NCBI GenBank assembly: GCA_012295275.1
Contig: CM022678.1
Location: 10,540,001-10,604,000 of the forward strand
DNA: 64,000 nt
Direction of reading: 5' to 3'
Origin: Chrysomallon squamiferum
Lineage: Eukaryota > Animalia > Mollusca
Positions 1 through 13,786 of this stretch are shown piece by piece; position 1 is the stretch's first letter, and every line of letters begins with the position of its first letter. The position numbers and the translations under genes are program-made. The notes below the pieces were generated by a model, which did not search any database, had not been told where the DNA came from, and saw nothing but the letters and a program-made list of their open reading frames with translations.

Positions 1-37
1 CAATTAACTGATAAAAAAATATTTTTATAGATCTAAC

Positions 38-189
38 CTGCTAACAATGTCAGCCACTAACACTTTAGCGAGGGCCATGTCCAGCAAAAGTTCAACAGCA
101 GTAGCTTTGTTTTCAAGATTTTCAAGATTTTCAAGACCGTACAGAACACACTGAAATGCCTGAAATAAATAAATAAATAAACAAATATA

Positions 190-224
<35 letters not shown>

Positions 225-333
225 AACATCAAATGAAACTAAGTTTGACAAAGTTTGAATCTTCATTAAAAAAACAATGATAATAATTTATATATGTATG
301 TGTGTGTGTATATGTCTCCATGTGCATGTATGT

Positions 334-386
<53 letters not shown>

Positions 387-2371
387 TATATATAAATTAA
401 TAAAAAAATAGTAATAATAAGAATATGCACATTCTTTTCAAATTTTCTGATAGTAAAAATGTGATGAAAACAAAAGTTAACATGGAAATCATAGTTATCA
501 AATCAAAAAGTTAAAACAAAAATTTCAATCTGACAATGAAATATATAGCCAGATATAATTATAACAACAAAATAATTAATAACTGCACCTGATATGGAAG
601 TGTTTTGTTTATTTCTGGTGGAAGTGGTCTTAGCTTGGATAGGTCAACAAATTCCTTGTCGCCATGGTCACAGTACATTACAAACGCCTGTAAACAGAAA
701 AAAAACAGAATAACTGTTGGACTGATGATTTAAGTGGAATTCTTAGGACATGATTTGTTTTTTAAAAAGTAGACCACTTTTGATTTTTGTAATATTTACA
801 ATCTGGAATGGCCTTAGTGTGATCATGAGGATGATTAAAAATTTTAAAAAATTTTAAAAATTTGTTAAGATGCTTCAGATCTTTATTATATATAATTAAT
901 ACAATTTAGAATTTGTATTTATTGAGGAAGTAAGATAAATAAATAATGTATAATATTTAAAGTCTAAATAACAAAATAGCTACGCAAAGAATATGTATGT
1001 ATATGTTTATGGATATATATATATATAAAATATTAATACCTTATTGTCTTCAACAGAGAGAACTTGGACTCTGTGGTAGAGTGTCTCAGAATTCAATATA
1101 TACATCATTCCTTCTGTTACCATGGTTACAGGTTTCAGTTTTTGGTAGATCTGTGCCATCTGGTTCTCTAATTGCTCCAGTTTGTCCTGAAATTTCAAAA
1201 CATATTTTTTCATCACTGATAAGAGGTAAAAACATTAATTCAAAATAACTTTTTGTTGCGGAAACAATAACAACAGTAAAAATTGGTACCCAAAGGTTTA
1301 TTCTGATATTTCCAGATAAAGATATTTTAATTTTTTTATTTTTTATTAATAGGACTATTGATAAAAGTAAAAAACTGTTTCTAATATAAAAAAACCTTTA
1401 ATATTTAAAATTATCTTTAATTTCAAAAGATATATTTCATCACTGGAACTATAATAAACATTCAGAATAGTAAAAGGTTGAAGATTACTTTAAAAAAATA
1501 CACTGACAAAGACTGCTTTAAAAAAAAAATTGATGAAGATTATTCAAAAAAAATTACTCACAGAATATTGCTCTCCAACCAGCCTTATGCTCACTTCAAG
1601 ACTGGGTGAGAGAAATGAAACATAAACATCCCATAATTTGTCATCAGGGAGAATCAGGTCATCTGAAAGAGATTTCATAAAAGTTGCTTTTTTATCATTA
1701 TTTAAATTGTGTGGATAAAATTTGAAATTAAAAGGAATATTAAATAACGTTATTTGTTTATTAAGGAAATAATAAAATAAAATAAAATAACAATAAAGTT
1801 TATTTAGTCTGCCAAACTTAATTTACAGAAATAATAAAATAAAAAGGAAAAGTAATTACAGAAGTGAGAGATTAGATAAAGAGGTACAGACGTGCATGTA
1901 AAGAAAGAGACAGAAAAAGACAGAGGGAGACATTAAAATACACAGTGAAAGAATGAGAAAAAGAAGAAATAATAGAAACAAAACAAATAAGAACAGATAT
2001 AAAAAATAAAAAAAAATGGTATAAAACCAAAATAGAATAATATTAATCCTACCCCATAGATAAAATTTAAAATTCAGAAAAAGCAATATCACTATTAGTA
2101 CCTGGTTCACCATCTGTTATTTCTTTTTGGTTAACTTCCTGCCTTCCATTCCCAGATGCTGCCCCTTCACTCAGAGAACTTACCACCAGATGGCGGTCTA
2201 TGAGCTGTTTATTTATAGAAACACTGTTGTCAGGGATACACAGCTCAACCTCACACAGACCATCTTAAATAAACAAATAGAATGAAAAAAAATAAGCCAA
2301 ATAAAATTGTCTGATATTTAAATTATGCAATAAAAAGTTATTTTAAAAGATAATCATTTATACTTTATAAC

Positions 2372-2425
<54 letters not shown>

Positions 2426-4146
2426 TGTAATCCGATTCAGTTTAACTGTTTTAGGAAAAATAAAAATAAAGATTCTCCTCAGAGTGTCATTTGAAAAAAG
2501 CTGTATTTTGAGTAATTTAAGTATGCTGAATGAAGCAAGTGTTTATTACTTATTGTGTGTGCCACTGTGGTTGCTTGTAGTGGAGTGTCTCGCACTAATT
2601 CTGCAAAAGCCAGCATGGCAGGAGAAGTCTTGTAATCATCCTGGAAGAAAAAAAAAAAAATAATTTCCTGACACCCATCAAAACATATCTTGTTATAAAC
2701 AATCACAAAACAAATAGAAATTTTTAATAAATATACTGATGATGAGAGAGAAAAATTTGATTCTGCAACTCCATGGCTTATTTTTAACCTATAATTAGTT
2801 TTCATATGAACCTTCACATAGGTTGGAAATCGAATTAATTCTAAAATGATTTAAAGATCTATTAATAACAGTAAAAAATATCTGTATTTAAAGAAATATA
2901 TAAAATTTAGCAATTAGTATGTGTTCCTTAACAACATTTTACATTTAAATGATAAATCTGGTTAGGCTGTCATAGAATTGTGCTGTTTATGCTAGAGTAC
3001 GATTTTATTATTATCATAATTTTAACCCTTTCAGCACCATTGGTAAGATATCTTGACAAGCCAGAAGACTCGCTTAGCAAGATATCTCAACATACTATAA
3101 GACTCCTTTAAAAAGATATCTCAAAATGCTAGAAGACTCACATAGCAAGTTATCTCAACATGCTAGAAGACTCACTTAGCAAGACATCTCAAAATTCTAG
3201 AAGACTCACTTAGCAAGATATCTCGACATGCTAGATCCACTTAGCAAGATATTTCAACATGTAGTAGACTCACTTAGCAAGATATCTTAACATGTAGTAG
3301 ACTCACTTAGCAAGATATCTTAACATGCTAGTAGACTCACTTAGCAAGATATCTCAACATGCTAGTAGACTCACTTAGCAAGATATCTCAACATGCTAGT
3401 AGACTCACTTGTATCTCATACAAATGTACTTACTGATGACTCTATTCTCTGCACACCAAACAGTGTACAAGATATCTCAACATGCTAGTAGACTCACTTG
3501 TATCTCATACAAATGTACTTACTGATGACTCTATTCTCTGCACACCAAACAGTGTACATGGAATGGCTTGTGTTGGAATGTGAGCGATTTCCTCTGGAAG
3601 TGCTCGGATGCTGCTTACGTTGACCATGTCTGTGTTGCCGTAGTCGACAAAACAAACTTCAACCATCTAAAAAAATAAATATGCTGTTTTACTATTTTAA
3701 CAAATATCAGATCATGTAGAGAACACAGTACATTTTTTCCTGCAAGTATAGACTTAGAAAAAAATCATGATCATCTGAAGAAATATTTGTATTATTAGCT
3801 TAGTGAGTATTAGAAAATATATGGTGATATTTTTTCTCTAATGTGTAGAAGCTGTTTCCTCTGGTTGGCAAAACAAATCTTGACCACCTGTAAAAAAAAT
3901 AAAATATATTAAAATGTCAGAAATTCATGCAAGTTGTTTAGATCCTGTTCATACTGTCTGCAGTTGACAACACAAACCACATCCATCTAAAGAAATGTAC
4001 TGTTTTATTAGGTCACTAAATGTCAGAAAAATATACATTTGGCTTTGGTACCACCAACATTTGGTGGGTTTTGTAATACCTTTTATTAGTTCTGTGTGTT
4101 TAGTGACTTCTGCAGATGTCCAAGTTAAGTTGTAATTAAAGAAAGT

Positions 4147-4184
<38 letters not shown>

Positions 4185-4444
4185 AGTTGTTTGAAAAATG
4201 ATTACTTTGGAAAACGTATTTTATTTTCATCTATTATTACGATGGATATTTGTTTAATGATGGAAAGAGAAGTGTTTACCTTGTCCTTAATATCAGACAA
4301 AATCTGTGCTCGATACCATGTGTCGTCTTCACTGTAGAGGGCAGCACAGTACACACCTTTCATTAAAACTGACATATCTGGAGGACTGACAGTCTGCAGA
4401 AAAAAGTACAGAAAATAAATTTAAAATATATATATTAGTTTATA

Positions 4445-4481
<37 letters not shown>

Positions 4482-7400
4482 CGACGTATACATTTTTACA
4501 TTTCTCTGCATGTATGCATAAGCATGAATACTTGCATTTGTCAGTCTATGCCTCTGTGTGTATGTGTGTCTGTGTTTGTGTGCATGTGAGTGAGTGAATG
4601 TGTGTGTGTGTGTGTGTGTGTGGTAACTGGTGAACTCTTGCAATTAATTCATTTTCCTTCATCAATTACAAAATAGTAATTTGATAACAAATTAGTAACT
4701 ATATCTTGTGTTGGAAATGGAAATTCTGTTTGAATTCTCCTCAATGTGATTTGTATCTTTCGGACAGAAATTTTGGTTATAAATTTCTGAAATACATTTT
4801 TGACAGAAATACACTATCAGGACTAAATGTCTCGTTAAAGAAGACATTGTTTACTGATAAACTTACACCTTATTTACATGATAAGCTCAACATGAAAACG
4901 TTTTATACTTCTGTGTTATTGACTGTTAAATTACTTTCAACTTACCTTACAATATTTCAGGAGTTCATCAGTTATATACTCCACCATGCAGTCTTCTCTC
5001 TGAACAAAAAATTTGTCACAGTGCGACGCAAATGTCACATACACTGTCACTTTATTTCTGAAACAGATGTTACATGCACTTTTTTAATAAGAGCATTAAT
5101 ATTACACCTACATTTTTCTGTAGACTAAATATTACACAATACTTTAGTAGTTACTTTAGAATAAATATTATATAAATGTTATTTTACATTAAGCATCAAA
5201 CATACTGCTACATTAAAATTAACATTATGCTGTTATTATGAAAAATATCTTTTAAGTTATTTCTGTGAAAAACGTTTTGTTTCTGAAATGAATGTTGTTA
5301 TTTTACGTAACATTTTTTCAAAAGCAATTTAACATTTTATGTTGCTAGGGCTACTCTGTTTTACATTCTGGTGAATGTCAAAATCTATGTTTATTAAGAA
5401 ATTTTATATTTTTTCATTACCCAAGTTCAAGCAGATCAGGAGGAGGAATTGTGTATTTCTGGCCAAAAGTAAAAAGAAAAAAGAAAGAAATAATAATAAT
5501 AATAAAAACATAAAATAAAAAAAGTTAAATAATGACAAAACAGAGTAATCAGGTCTTGTGAAAGTTAATTTAATGGCAACAAATTGTTATTATTCATTAA
5601 AACATCACAAAATATTATCTTATTTCTCAGTTTTACTTGAAGACATACTGCCACTATATTAACATTATTATCATCCATAATTAAAATCTAATTTCATACT
5701 GCAGAAAATTAATCTTCACTAACTAATGAAAAATAAAAGATGTTCTTAATGTCATTATCCTTACTGTTAACGCTGGAATACTTTTAACAAGTTTAATATT
5801 TTATTGATTTTTTTTATCAATTTATAAAAATTCTGAGTTTTAAATATTTGTAAACGTGCAGCAAATTAACCATTAATAATAAACGAGAAAAACCAATTTT
5901 TCTTAATATGAAAGTTTTATCTGTTAACTTTTCACAATTAACCAGTCTAATTTTTTACTCATGCTCCATCAATTTTATTTAATTTATAAAAATACTTGAC
6001 TTTTTAGCTTAAAAATTTCTGACAATGCATCAAATTAATCTTTACTAACAATAAAAGCCGCTATTAATACCAGCTTTTTTAATTTCATCACATTTACCTA
6101 GTTTAATCTTTTATTTATATTCCAACCATTTTTAATCAATTTATAAAAACACTATTTCTCACAGAGCTGCAAATTAATCATTGCTAATTAACAATGAAAT
6201 AATATAAAATTTTAACTTGATCTTTTGCTCACATTTAAACCATTTTTTTTTTTATCAATATTTAAATTTTTTTTAAATATATTAAATGAACTGAATTATA
6301 TTCAAATATTTCCCCATTGCCCAGGCCTAACCTTCCAAATGCCAACACTAGTTTCTATCACAGGTTTCTTAGTCTTAACAGCCTCAGCTACTGCTGGATA
6401 GGATGCTGTTGCTGCTGGCTGTGTTGTAGTTGTTGGGGACTTTTTGGTTGCTATTCCTCTTGTAGAAGGTGATGATGGTGTTGGTGTTGGTGTTGTTGTT
6501 GTTGTCACAGTGGGAGGATTCTCTCTTTGCAGACGAATAATTATGCGGTCTGTGTCTAAAATTCTGAAAAAATAATCTTTTCAATACACGATGAAGACAA
6601 AATATTTAATAAGTGAAGAATGACTAGCCATAATTCTGTTAATGCTTTTAATCCTTATATATTTAACACAAATAAATAAATAAATACAATATTTATGATC
6701 TGCCTATGTTTCAATATTATAATTTTATTATTTATTATTATTCATTATATTATTATTATTATTATTATTTCAAAACTCAAATATCAAAAAAGATGAATTT
6801 TTTTTAAAATGGTGCTTGAAACATACAGAAAAAAAGGGCAGAAAAATTATCATTTTTTTGGATCACAGTGATCTCCCCCAGCATTTATGAAAGGGATGGC
6901 GGGAAGTACTTGTTTTTCAAAAACAATACTCCTATAAATAATTGCATCAAATGCATTAACTATTAACAAGATTATTTTACTAGCAATTAAATAAGTGTCT
7001 ATTTAATGTATTATACAAAACAAAGTTCATTAAATAAACGGGTGGCGTATATATTAATGGCAGGCGAATTCATCTTAAGCTGTAAGGGATGGCTGGCAAG
7101 ACATTTGGATCCGGATAGAAAGTATTACTGATGAAAATCATCAAGTGATGTATTTTATGGTAAAAGAAAATGGTTGAAATCACTTATTTGAGATAAAAAA
7201 ACAGAAGTTAATGACATACTGGTCGACTTCAAACAGATCTGGCCACGTTTTGATTTTTTGTACAAGGTCAAAGGCTGGTTTGCCATACTTCTCCGTATAA
7301 ACCACTTCCACACGAGAACTCCACAAACCATTCCTCGCCTCGGCAACAATCTGAAAATATTTATTTACAGAAAAAAAAAGAAAAAAACGTTTTTTTCCAA

Positions 7401-8069
7401 ATATTTTAATTTTAATAAAATACGTCTTTCAAAAACCGAAAAAATCTAATTAAGAAAAAAAATCAAACGTGACAAATTTGTTTTTGTTACTGATTGTTCC
7501 TAAACTTTCCCCACACAAAATTAATGTGTATTACTACTGACAGTAAAATGATATGATTACTGCAAAATGCATTATCAGTTTGAACAAATAATTGCTACAT
7601 AAAATTTTACTTATTTGAAGGACTTTTTAAAAAAAAAAAAAAAATGATAATTTTGTTGTGACAATAATAGTTTCTAAAAACTATTAAACTATTGGATACA
7701 TAGCTAATAATCTTTTTTGGCTATTTTGCAATAGGTACTAGATATTTTTTTTAAATTGTTTTCTCACCTCTCGAACCCTATCTTGAATAACAGAATCATC
7801 CTCATCTGCAGAATATGAAACTGCAAGATAAAAAGAATAAAATTAAAATCCATTTTGTTTTATTAAATTAATCTTTGTCTGTAAAGAATTTTTTAAATCT
7901 ATGTAAGACATGAGGCATTTATTTTCTGACTCATTTTCCAAATTTATTATTTATTTATAATGTGAATTCATAATGTCCAAAATCATTAGTAATAATAGTC
8001 TTAAATATCAGTCTATATTTAATACTTTTTCAAGTTCATATATCCTGTATAAACAGTATTTCTTATACG

Positions 8070-8117
<48 letters not shown>

Positions 8118-9399
8118 GCTGCTGTGTTGCTGGTGTAAAAATAAAAAGGAATATTGCTTATTTCAAAATCTTAAGGGGAGACACTGGTCGAAAAATAACA
8201 AAATTTGAAAAATAACTCGTATGAGATTTTGACACGACCATTTACAAAAATTATTCAGCTTTCTGTTCATAAAAGTTAGAAAGTCCAAATAAATGTAATT
8301 ATCTCCAAACAAATGCATTTTGTGAGGTGCCTCTCACTGAAATTTACACATTTTAGTCCAAATTCTGCGTTTATTTTCGGATTTATTTTCGATGCGTGTT
8401 TTGCGAAACCTCCATGAAATTCGACATTCTGCATAACGTTGGAAAGCCCTATTTTCGCATTATGGGACCAATGTTCTAAAAATAGATACAAATCGATATT
8501 TTCATTCATTTAGTGCCCCACTCTCTGAAAATAGAGAAAAAAATTAAGATTGCGTCGCCCTTGGATTGGTCGTGTGATATCACATGACTTGATGCCACAT
8601 TCTGATTGGTTATGATCACTATTTCCGGTGACTTTGTTTACTTCCGTTCATTTAATTTTTCGAAATCATAGAGACTTATTGTGGAAAGAAAACCAATAAA
8701 AATACAAATTTGGTAAACGAAAGCTTTCGCGCAAACAACAGTTACAGTCTGATCGAGAAAAATTGCAGAAAATCGAAACTGCCGAAAAAAGCTCGGGCAC
8801 TGAAGAAATGGAATCAATCATTCAATCAATGGATTCTGGAGATCGGCACGCACGAGAATCTTCCCCAGTGACTTCCAAAAGAATTTTGGAACATGTTTTG
8901 GAAATAGATGAAGATAAAGATCATCGCTCCTTTGTTAGTGATACAGCTGTCTTTTTGTGAATTTTAAATGTAAATATGTTATTATAAGTTTCAAGGACGA
9001 ACGAGAACCAACTCTTTTTTGCACTGCACATAGTGACATAGTCATGATAATTAACATGTATTAGAAATAAAGTGTTTTTGATAACTGTTTCTGGTTATTT
9101 TTGGAAGGAAATACATACACGCAGTTATCACAGTAATTATACATAACATCTCCACAGTAGTTAGAATAAGTGCAAATATAGTTATACAAAAAAAGGCAGA
9201 AAGAAAATCTTGAAATTAATATCCATTCTTTTCATATATATATAACCTTTACCATGTCGCTAGTAGGAAAAATACGAGTGAAAAACGTAATAATTATTAT
9301 TTTTTAAACATTTCTTTTGAAGCATGTATCAAAAGGCTAATTTCTTTCAATTATTTTATAGACATACATGCCTATGATGAACTTCTGCAAGTTTGAATG

Positions 9400-9437
<38 letters not shown>

Positions 9438-12400
9438 TTTGGGTTAGAGAGGTTCCTGAAATACTAAAAAAAGCCCAAAATGAAAAAAACATTTGTTGTA
9501 AGGAAAAAAACAACTGGTAATAGTGTTTTAGAGTAACAAATGGGCATTATTTCCATCAAGTTTCAATTCTGTAACATAAAACATAATGGTTTTGGTTTTT
9601 TCACCTAGTTTCTACTCTTAAAGAAAAAAGCAAAGAATTGGCACTATTTCAAATATTTATTCCTAAATTATTGGCATCTACTAATCCTTCAAACCTTACT
9701 TTGACCACTAAGACATAACCTGCTGCTTTCAAATTAATACCAATACTTATTTCATCTTGAAAACTACATCTGTAACAAAAACAACAACATCACAAACAAT
9801 TAATAAAAAAAACAAAGCTTAATAACGAATATTAACCTTTTCTAATATCAGTATTCGGTAGCTTGGATGATGAAGGTGATGATGATGATGATGATGTGGC
9901 TGATGATGGTTCTTTGTATTGGTTTCCTTCTTCCTCTAATTTACGAAATCGTGGTGGAACTTCATATCTTTTGTTATGAACTGGGCCAAGTCTTGATTTT
10001 ATCTGAATTGATATGAGTTGAATTCAGTTAACAGTCTTTAAAATAAGATTTGTATTCAAAGGATTTTAATGCCATCTAATCAAAACATTTTTCAATTAAG
10101 AATATATTCTAACAAATTTGAACAACAAAAAAAACTGAATCAAGAAAACTGTACTCCTTTCTGAACTGTAATAAACAAAAAATTCCTTTTATTATTATTA
10201 TTTCATATTATTAACGTATTTTTAATAGTTTATTTTAACAACAACAAAAAATGAACCATGAAAACTACTTTTTAATGAACTGTAACAAACAAGATTGTTT
10301 CTTTACTTATTTGTTATTTTATATATATAATTCATTTTTTTTGTTCTATCTTTTCATATCCCATCTTTTTTAAAAAGAAATAATTACTAAAATAAGATTT
10401 TCCTGAATGATAAAACTGGAGAATTAAAGATAAATATATGAATGATAATCAAAAAATCTTTTTGCAGCATTTTTTAACCATAAAATAAAAATAAATCCGT
10501 AACTGACATTAGCCTTTATTTATTCCCCATTCTTACTTTTATATAATGTTAAAAAAATTATCTTTTATTTTCATCCTCTTGTCATTTTTTAAAAGTAGTT
10601 TCTGGCAACTGCACAGTAATAAATTCATTCCAGACAGTAAACACAAAAATTAAAGACTCCTGTAACTTACCGATGCTTTATTTTCTTGCTGCTGGAGTAA
10701 CAGCACTTCATCCAAAGCTCTGGAAAGTATTCTGTTCGAGTTTGTCACTTTCCGCTGTGAGACTCTGCTTCCAGGCTGATACGACGGAGAATTATTAACA
10801 TCAAATGTAATTTTCATGTCTCTTAAAGGCTTTCGTGGTGAGTCCCAGCTTTCTGTCTCACTTTTCTCCCCGCTTTTATCTTCAATGTTTTCAGTGTCCT
10901 CGCAGTCCCACAGATTTTCAGACTGACTCTCATCACCTTTGAAGTTTGTGTTTAAAACTGGAGTCATCTGGCATTGCTGGCTGTAATTGTTAAATATTTC
11001 CCTCGATGTGACACTTCTCTTCCCAGGCAATCCTCTGTCTCTGATGTTGAGGGGCTGGGAACTGCCATGGTTAGAGAATGATATCCGCGAGGACATGGAA
11101 AAGGAGCCACGCCCTCGACTTGATGGTGGTCTTCCTCTGAATGGTTTGGAAGGATGTCGAACATATGTCTAATGAATTAGATAATAATAATAGTTAAAAT
11201 TAATTCAATAAAAGATAAAAATAATAATAATAATTAAAATCAATAATAAAAAATAATAATTAAAATTAATTCTGAATTTATCTGAAATTTCTATTAAATT
11301 TTATACTTCATTTAGTAACAGAATTAACAAAAGCTACCCTTTGTTCTAAATGAAACTGCATAAAATAAAATAAAATACTTTTCAAAAGATCTATAAAGAT
11401 TTATGTCTTGAAATTAATGTTTCCCATCTTTTTTAAACAGAATTGTAAAAATGAAAATCCTGTTCTATAATTTTTGTGTGTATATGGAGTGGGGTGGGTT
11501 TGTTTACTTATTTACTCATTTTATTTTATACTATTTTTTTAATTTTTTTTCTTATGAAATGTTATCGGAATTTTCTTATGGAATTGTTATTTTACCATCA
11601 AAATTCATTATCAGCAAACACTGATAACAAGTAACGAATGAAACAATAACGGTACGGTAAAGAAAATTGATTTAAACCATTTTGTATATAAATAAAAAAA
11701 ACAAATGCACATTTTTAACCACTCACTTTCTTTAAGGGACCTTTTGTTTTTCTACTTTTCTGTTTGGAAACAAGTTTCTGTATATGAGCTGTTGTTTCAT
11801 CTGCTACTGCATGATACACTGTCTCGCCAAACTTGTTACTGTAGGGAATACATTATTATTATTATTATTAGTAGTAGTAGTAGTAGTAGTAGTATTTTTT
11901 ATTGCTGTTATGTTATTATCATTATTATTTGATAATATACAAATACTTTAACAGAAAGTATATTATACATGTTGCACTAACAGAATAACATACAACAAAC
12001 ACATACATACAATACAAAAAACCACATAGGTAACTAATAACACAAACACATCCATATTAGCACAAACATATGCAGTAACACACATGTACACTTAAAACAC
12101 ACACAACATTAATATCAACAAAACACACACAAACGCATACATACATGGACAATAAACCAAAGAAAAAGATTATATATAAAATAACCCAAAAATCTGTAAC
12201 TATCATTGTTACCCATCCTTAATATATATACAAACATATATACAAACATCTTTAAAAAAAAAAAAATGTTAAGCCTCATTTATAAACAAATACTTTTATT
12301 TACTTTTTACTTAAATATACCTGATCTCTGCTATATGATCAACACAATTTAAAACAATGCATTCAGCTAACAAAAATGTGAATATAGAATAGTGCACCAC

Positions 12401-13243
12401 ATACAAACATACATCCGCATGCACACACTCACACGTATTACCATTTGGCAGTAATACTATTTCTTTAAGATTAGTTAAAGAACTCGCAATGTACAAATAT
12501 AATATTTTGGTGCTTTATATCTAAAATCACATAATTAAAATAGGGTATTACTGTAAAATAAAGAAGGAAATCAGTTTCAAAATAAAACTTACGTCATAAC
12601 ATGGACAACATCAGGAAGACTGGCAATGAAGTCTGACTGGTTAGAGTAACCAAACTTTTTAAAGGGAAGCAACTCTCCAGTTAGAGAGCGGTAATCCGCT
12701 GTGAAAAGTAAACCAAAAATAAATGATAATTACTGAAAAATAAAAAGACATTAGTAACAAAGAACGTAAATGCCAGAAATATTTTCCTTCCTAATTTTTG
12801 ATATAATGAGTGTACAGACATTCACACTTAAACACTTCTTTTTTTTTTGGCAAAATGTTTTTTACATGCAATTATAGATGTGTCAAAGCCTAAATCTGGA
12901 CTCATAAATAAAATTATTATTTGAAGTATTGATAATTAGAAATGAAAGAATTTTATTTTTCAATTCTCTCTATAATGCCTAAGAATAATTCTCATTTATA
13001 AACCAGCAAATATTTGAAATCACTCAAGAAAATATTGTTATTATGAAACTTTTCTTAGGCCTGTTATTTAAGTCTAATCCAGTGTTGTAACAGAATGCAG
13101 TCTTTGAGCTGTTTAAACTATTACAGACTATTTGGAGTAAGCTGAAATTAATTACCGAGAAATCTTTCTGCTGTAACTCCTTCTTTACTGCTGAGAAGGA
13201 CAGACCGCAACATGGCCTTGACCTCCTGAATTTCTTCTTCCAT
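38..13243 (-). CDS. TDRD7: Tudor domain-containing protein 7 (TDRD7/Tapas-like), LOTUS + Tudor germ-granule protein; 3'-partial (continues off the left edge)
   Basis: 18 coding exons with GT-AG boundaries and matching phases: 13243-13156, 12698-12593, 11838-11727, 11168-10671, 10002-9837, 7820-7768, 7350-7220, 6563-6332, 5458-5421, 5057-4946, 4393-4280, 3666-3523, 2640-2550, 2263-2102, 1662-1562, 1186-1040, 687-589, 159-38 (~838 aa in window). N-terminal extended LOTUS: MEEEIQEVKAMLRSVLLSSKEGV..DYRSLTGELLPFKKFGY..LPDVV..AVADETTAHIQKLVSKQK. Second LOTUS: IQDRVREIVAEARNGLWSS..KTWPDLFEV. Tudor 1: CAALYSEDDTWYRA..VCFVDYGN..IPTQAIPCTL. Tudor 2: YHRVQV..YCDHGD..LPYQAFQCVLYGLE. Multiple Tudor domains and the LOTUS sequence favour TDRD7 over TDRD5. 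Confidence 0.88.
3042..3410. repeat. ~32-bp minisatellite (caagatatctcaacatgctagtagactcacttag)n in TDRD7 intron
   Basis: About 11 visible copies, more degenerate toward the left end. Confidence 0.9.
3379..3558. repeat. 89-bp perfect tandem duplication spanning a TDRD7 exon end and its splice donor
   Basis: 3379-3467 is repeated at 3468-3556. Both copies contain minus-strand ...AGAATAGAGTCATCA|GTAAGT. Confidence 0.9.
8175..9617 (+). mobile_element. Non-autonomous Kolobok-like DNA transposon in TDRD7 intron
   Basis: TTAA flanks both ends (8171-8174, 9618-9621). Imperfect TIRs: left GGGGAGACACTGGTCGAAAA vs right reverse complement GAGTAGAAACTAGGTGAAAA (14/20). The left part is CpG-richer, with CCAAT boxes (8564-8610) and a broken ORF remnant (8763-8960). 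A TTAA TSD with RR..YY termini is characteristic of Kolobok. Confidence 0.65.
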
Positions 13244-13786
13244 GTTCACTGATTGTTATCCTCTTAAAAAAAAAAATTAAAAAGGAAGAAGAAAAGACAA
13301 TAAGCAAAAAGAATCTATCAGATATTAAAAAAAAAAAAGCTGAATTGTTTCCAAATTGAAACACACAAAAATAAAATTTAATGTTTCTATTTTAATTTGC
13401 CTGACTAATAAATTATGTTTCAGCCAAAATGAAACATAAATATAGGAAATCTCTATAAATTTATTTTATTTTTCCTATTAATATTTTTTCTACATTTGGT
13501 GCTTTCATATATATATATATACACACATTAATTATGATTATGATTATTATACTTAAGAAAACTGTTAAATTTTTAATGTTATTTTTTAATTTCTCATATT
13601 TTGGTTGTTTGTTTTTGTTTGTTTGTTTTGTTTTCTCTTTTTCAAAATAATCTTAAATGTTTGGTTTGTTTGCTGTAGTTGTTTTTTTAACAGTAATTAT
13701 TTCTTCTTTTGTTTTCTTTTTTAAATTTCTTTTTTAATCTTCATAATAATTAATAATTATTAGTATTAAATAAAACATTAAAAGAT

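Noticed and set aside
3042-3410. Regularly spaced ~32-bp repeats resembling a CRISPR array
   Set aside because: The units are head-to-tail with no unique spacers, there are no cas genes, and the context is a eukaryotic intron.
6860-7130. GC-richer intronic patch with repeated aagggatggc core and an apparent acceptor at 7130-7128
   Set aside because: It hits a stop in the required phase and has no good donor. It is probably a repeat fragment whose boundaries I could not define.
8763-8960. 65-aa ORF as a host gene
   Set aside because: It lies inside the Kolobok-like element with a disrupted upstream frame, so I treated it as a transposon remnant.
9720-9769. Possible extra TDRD7 exon (CAG acceptor at 9772-9770, GTTATG donor)
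   Set aside because: In the required phase it has an in-frame TAA. Only a weaker internal AAG acceptor gives a 36-nt in-frame exon, and the model is in frame without it. It could be a poison exon, but nothing supports that.
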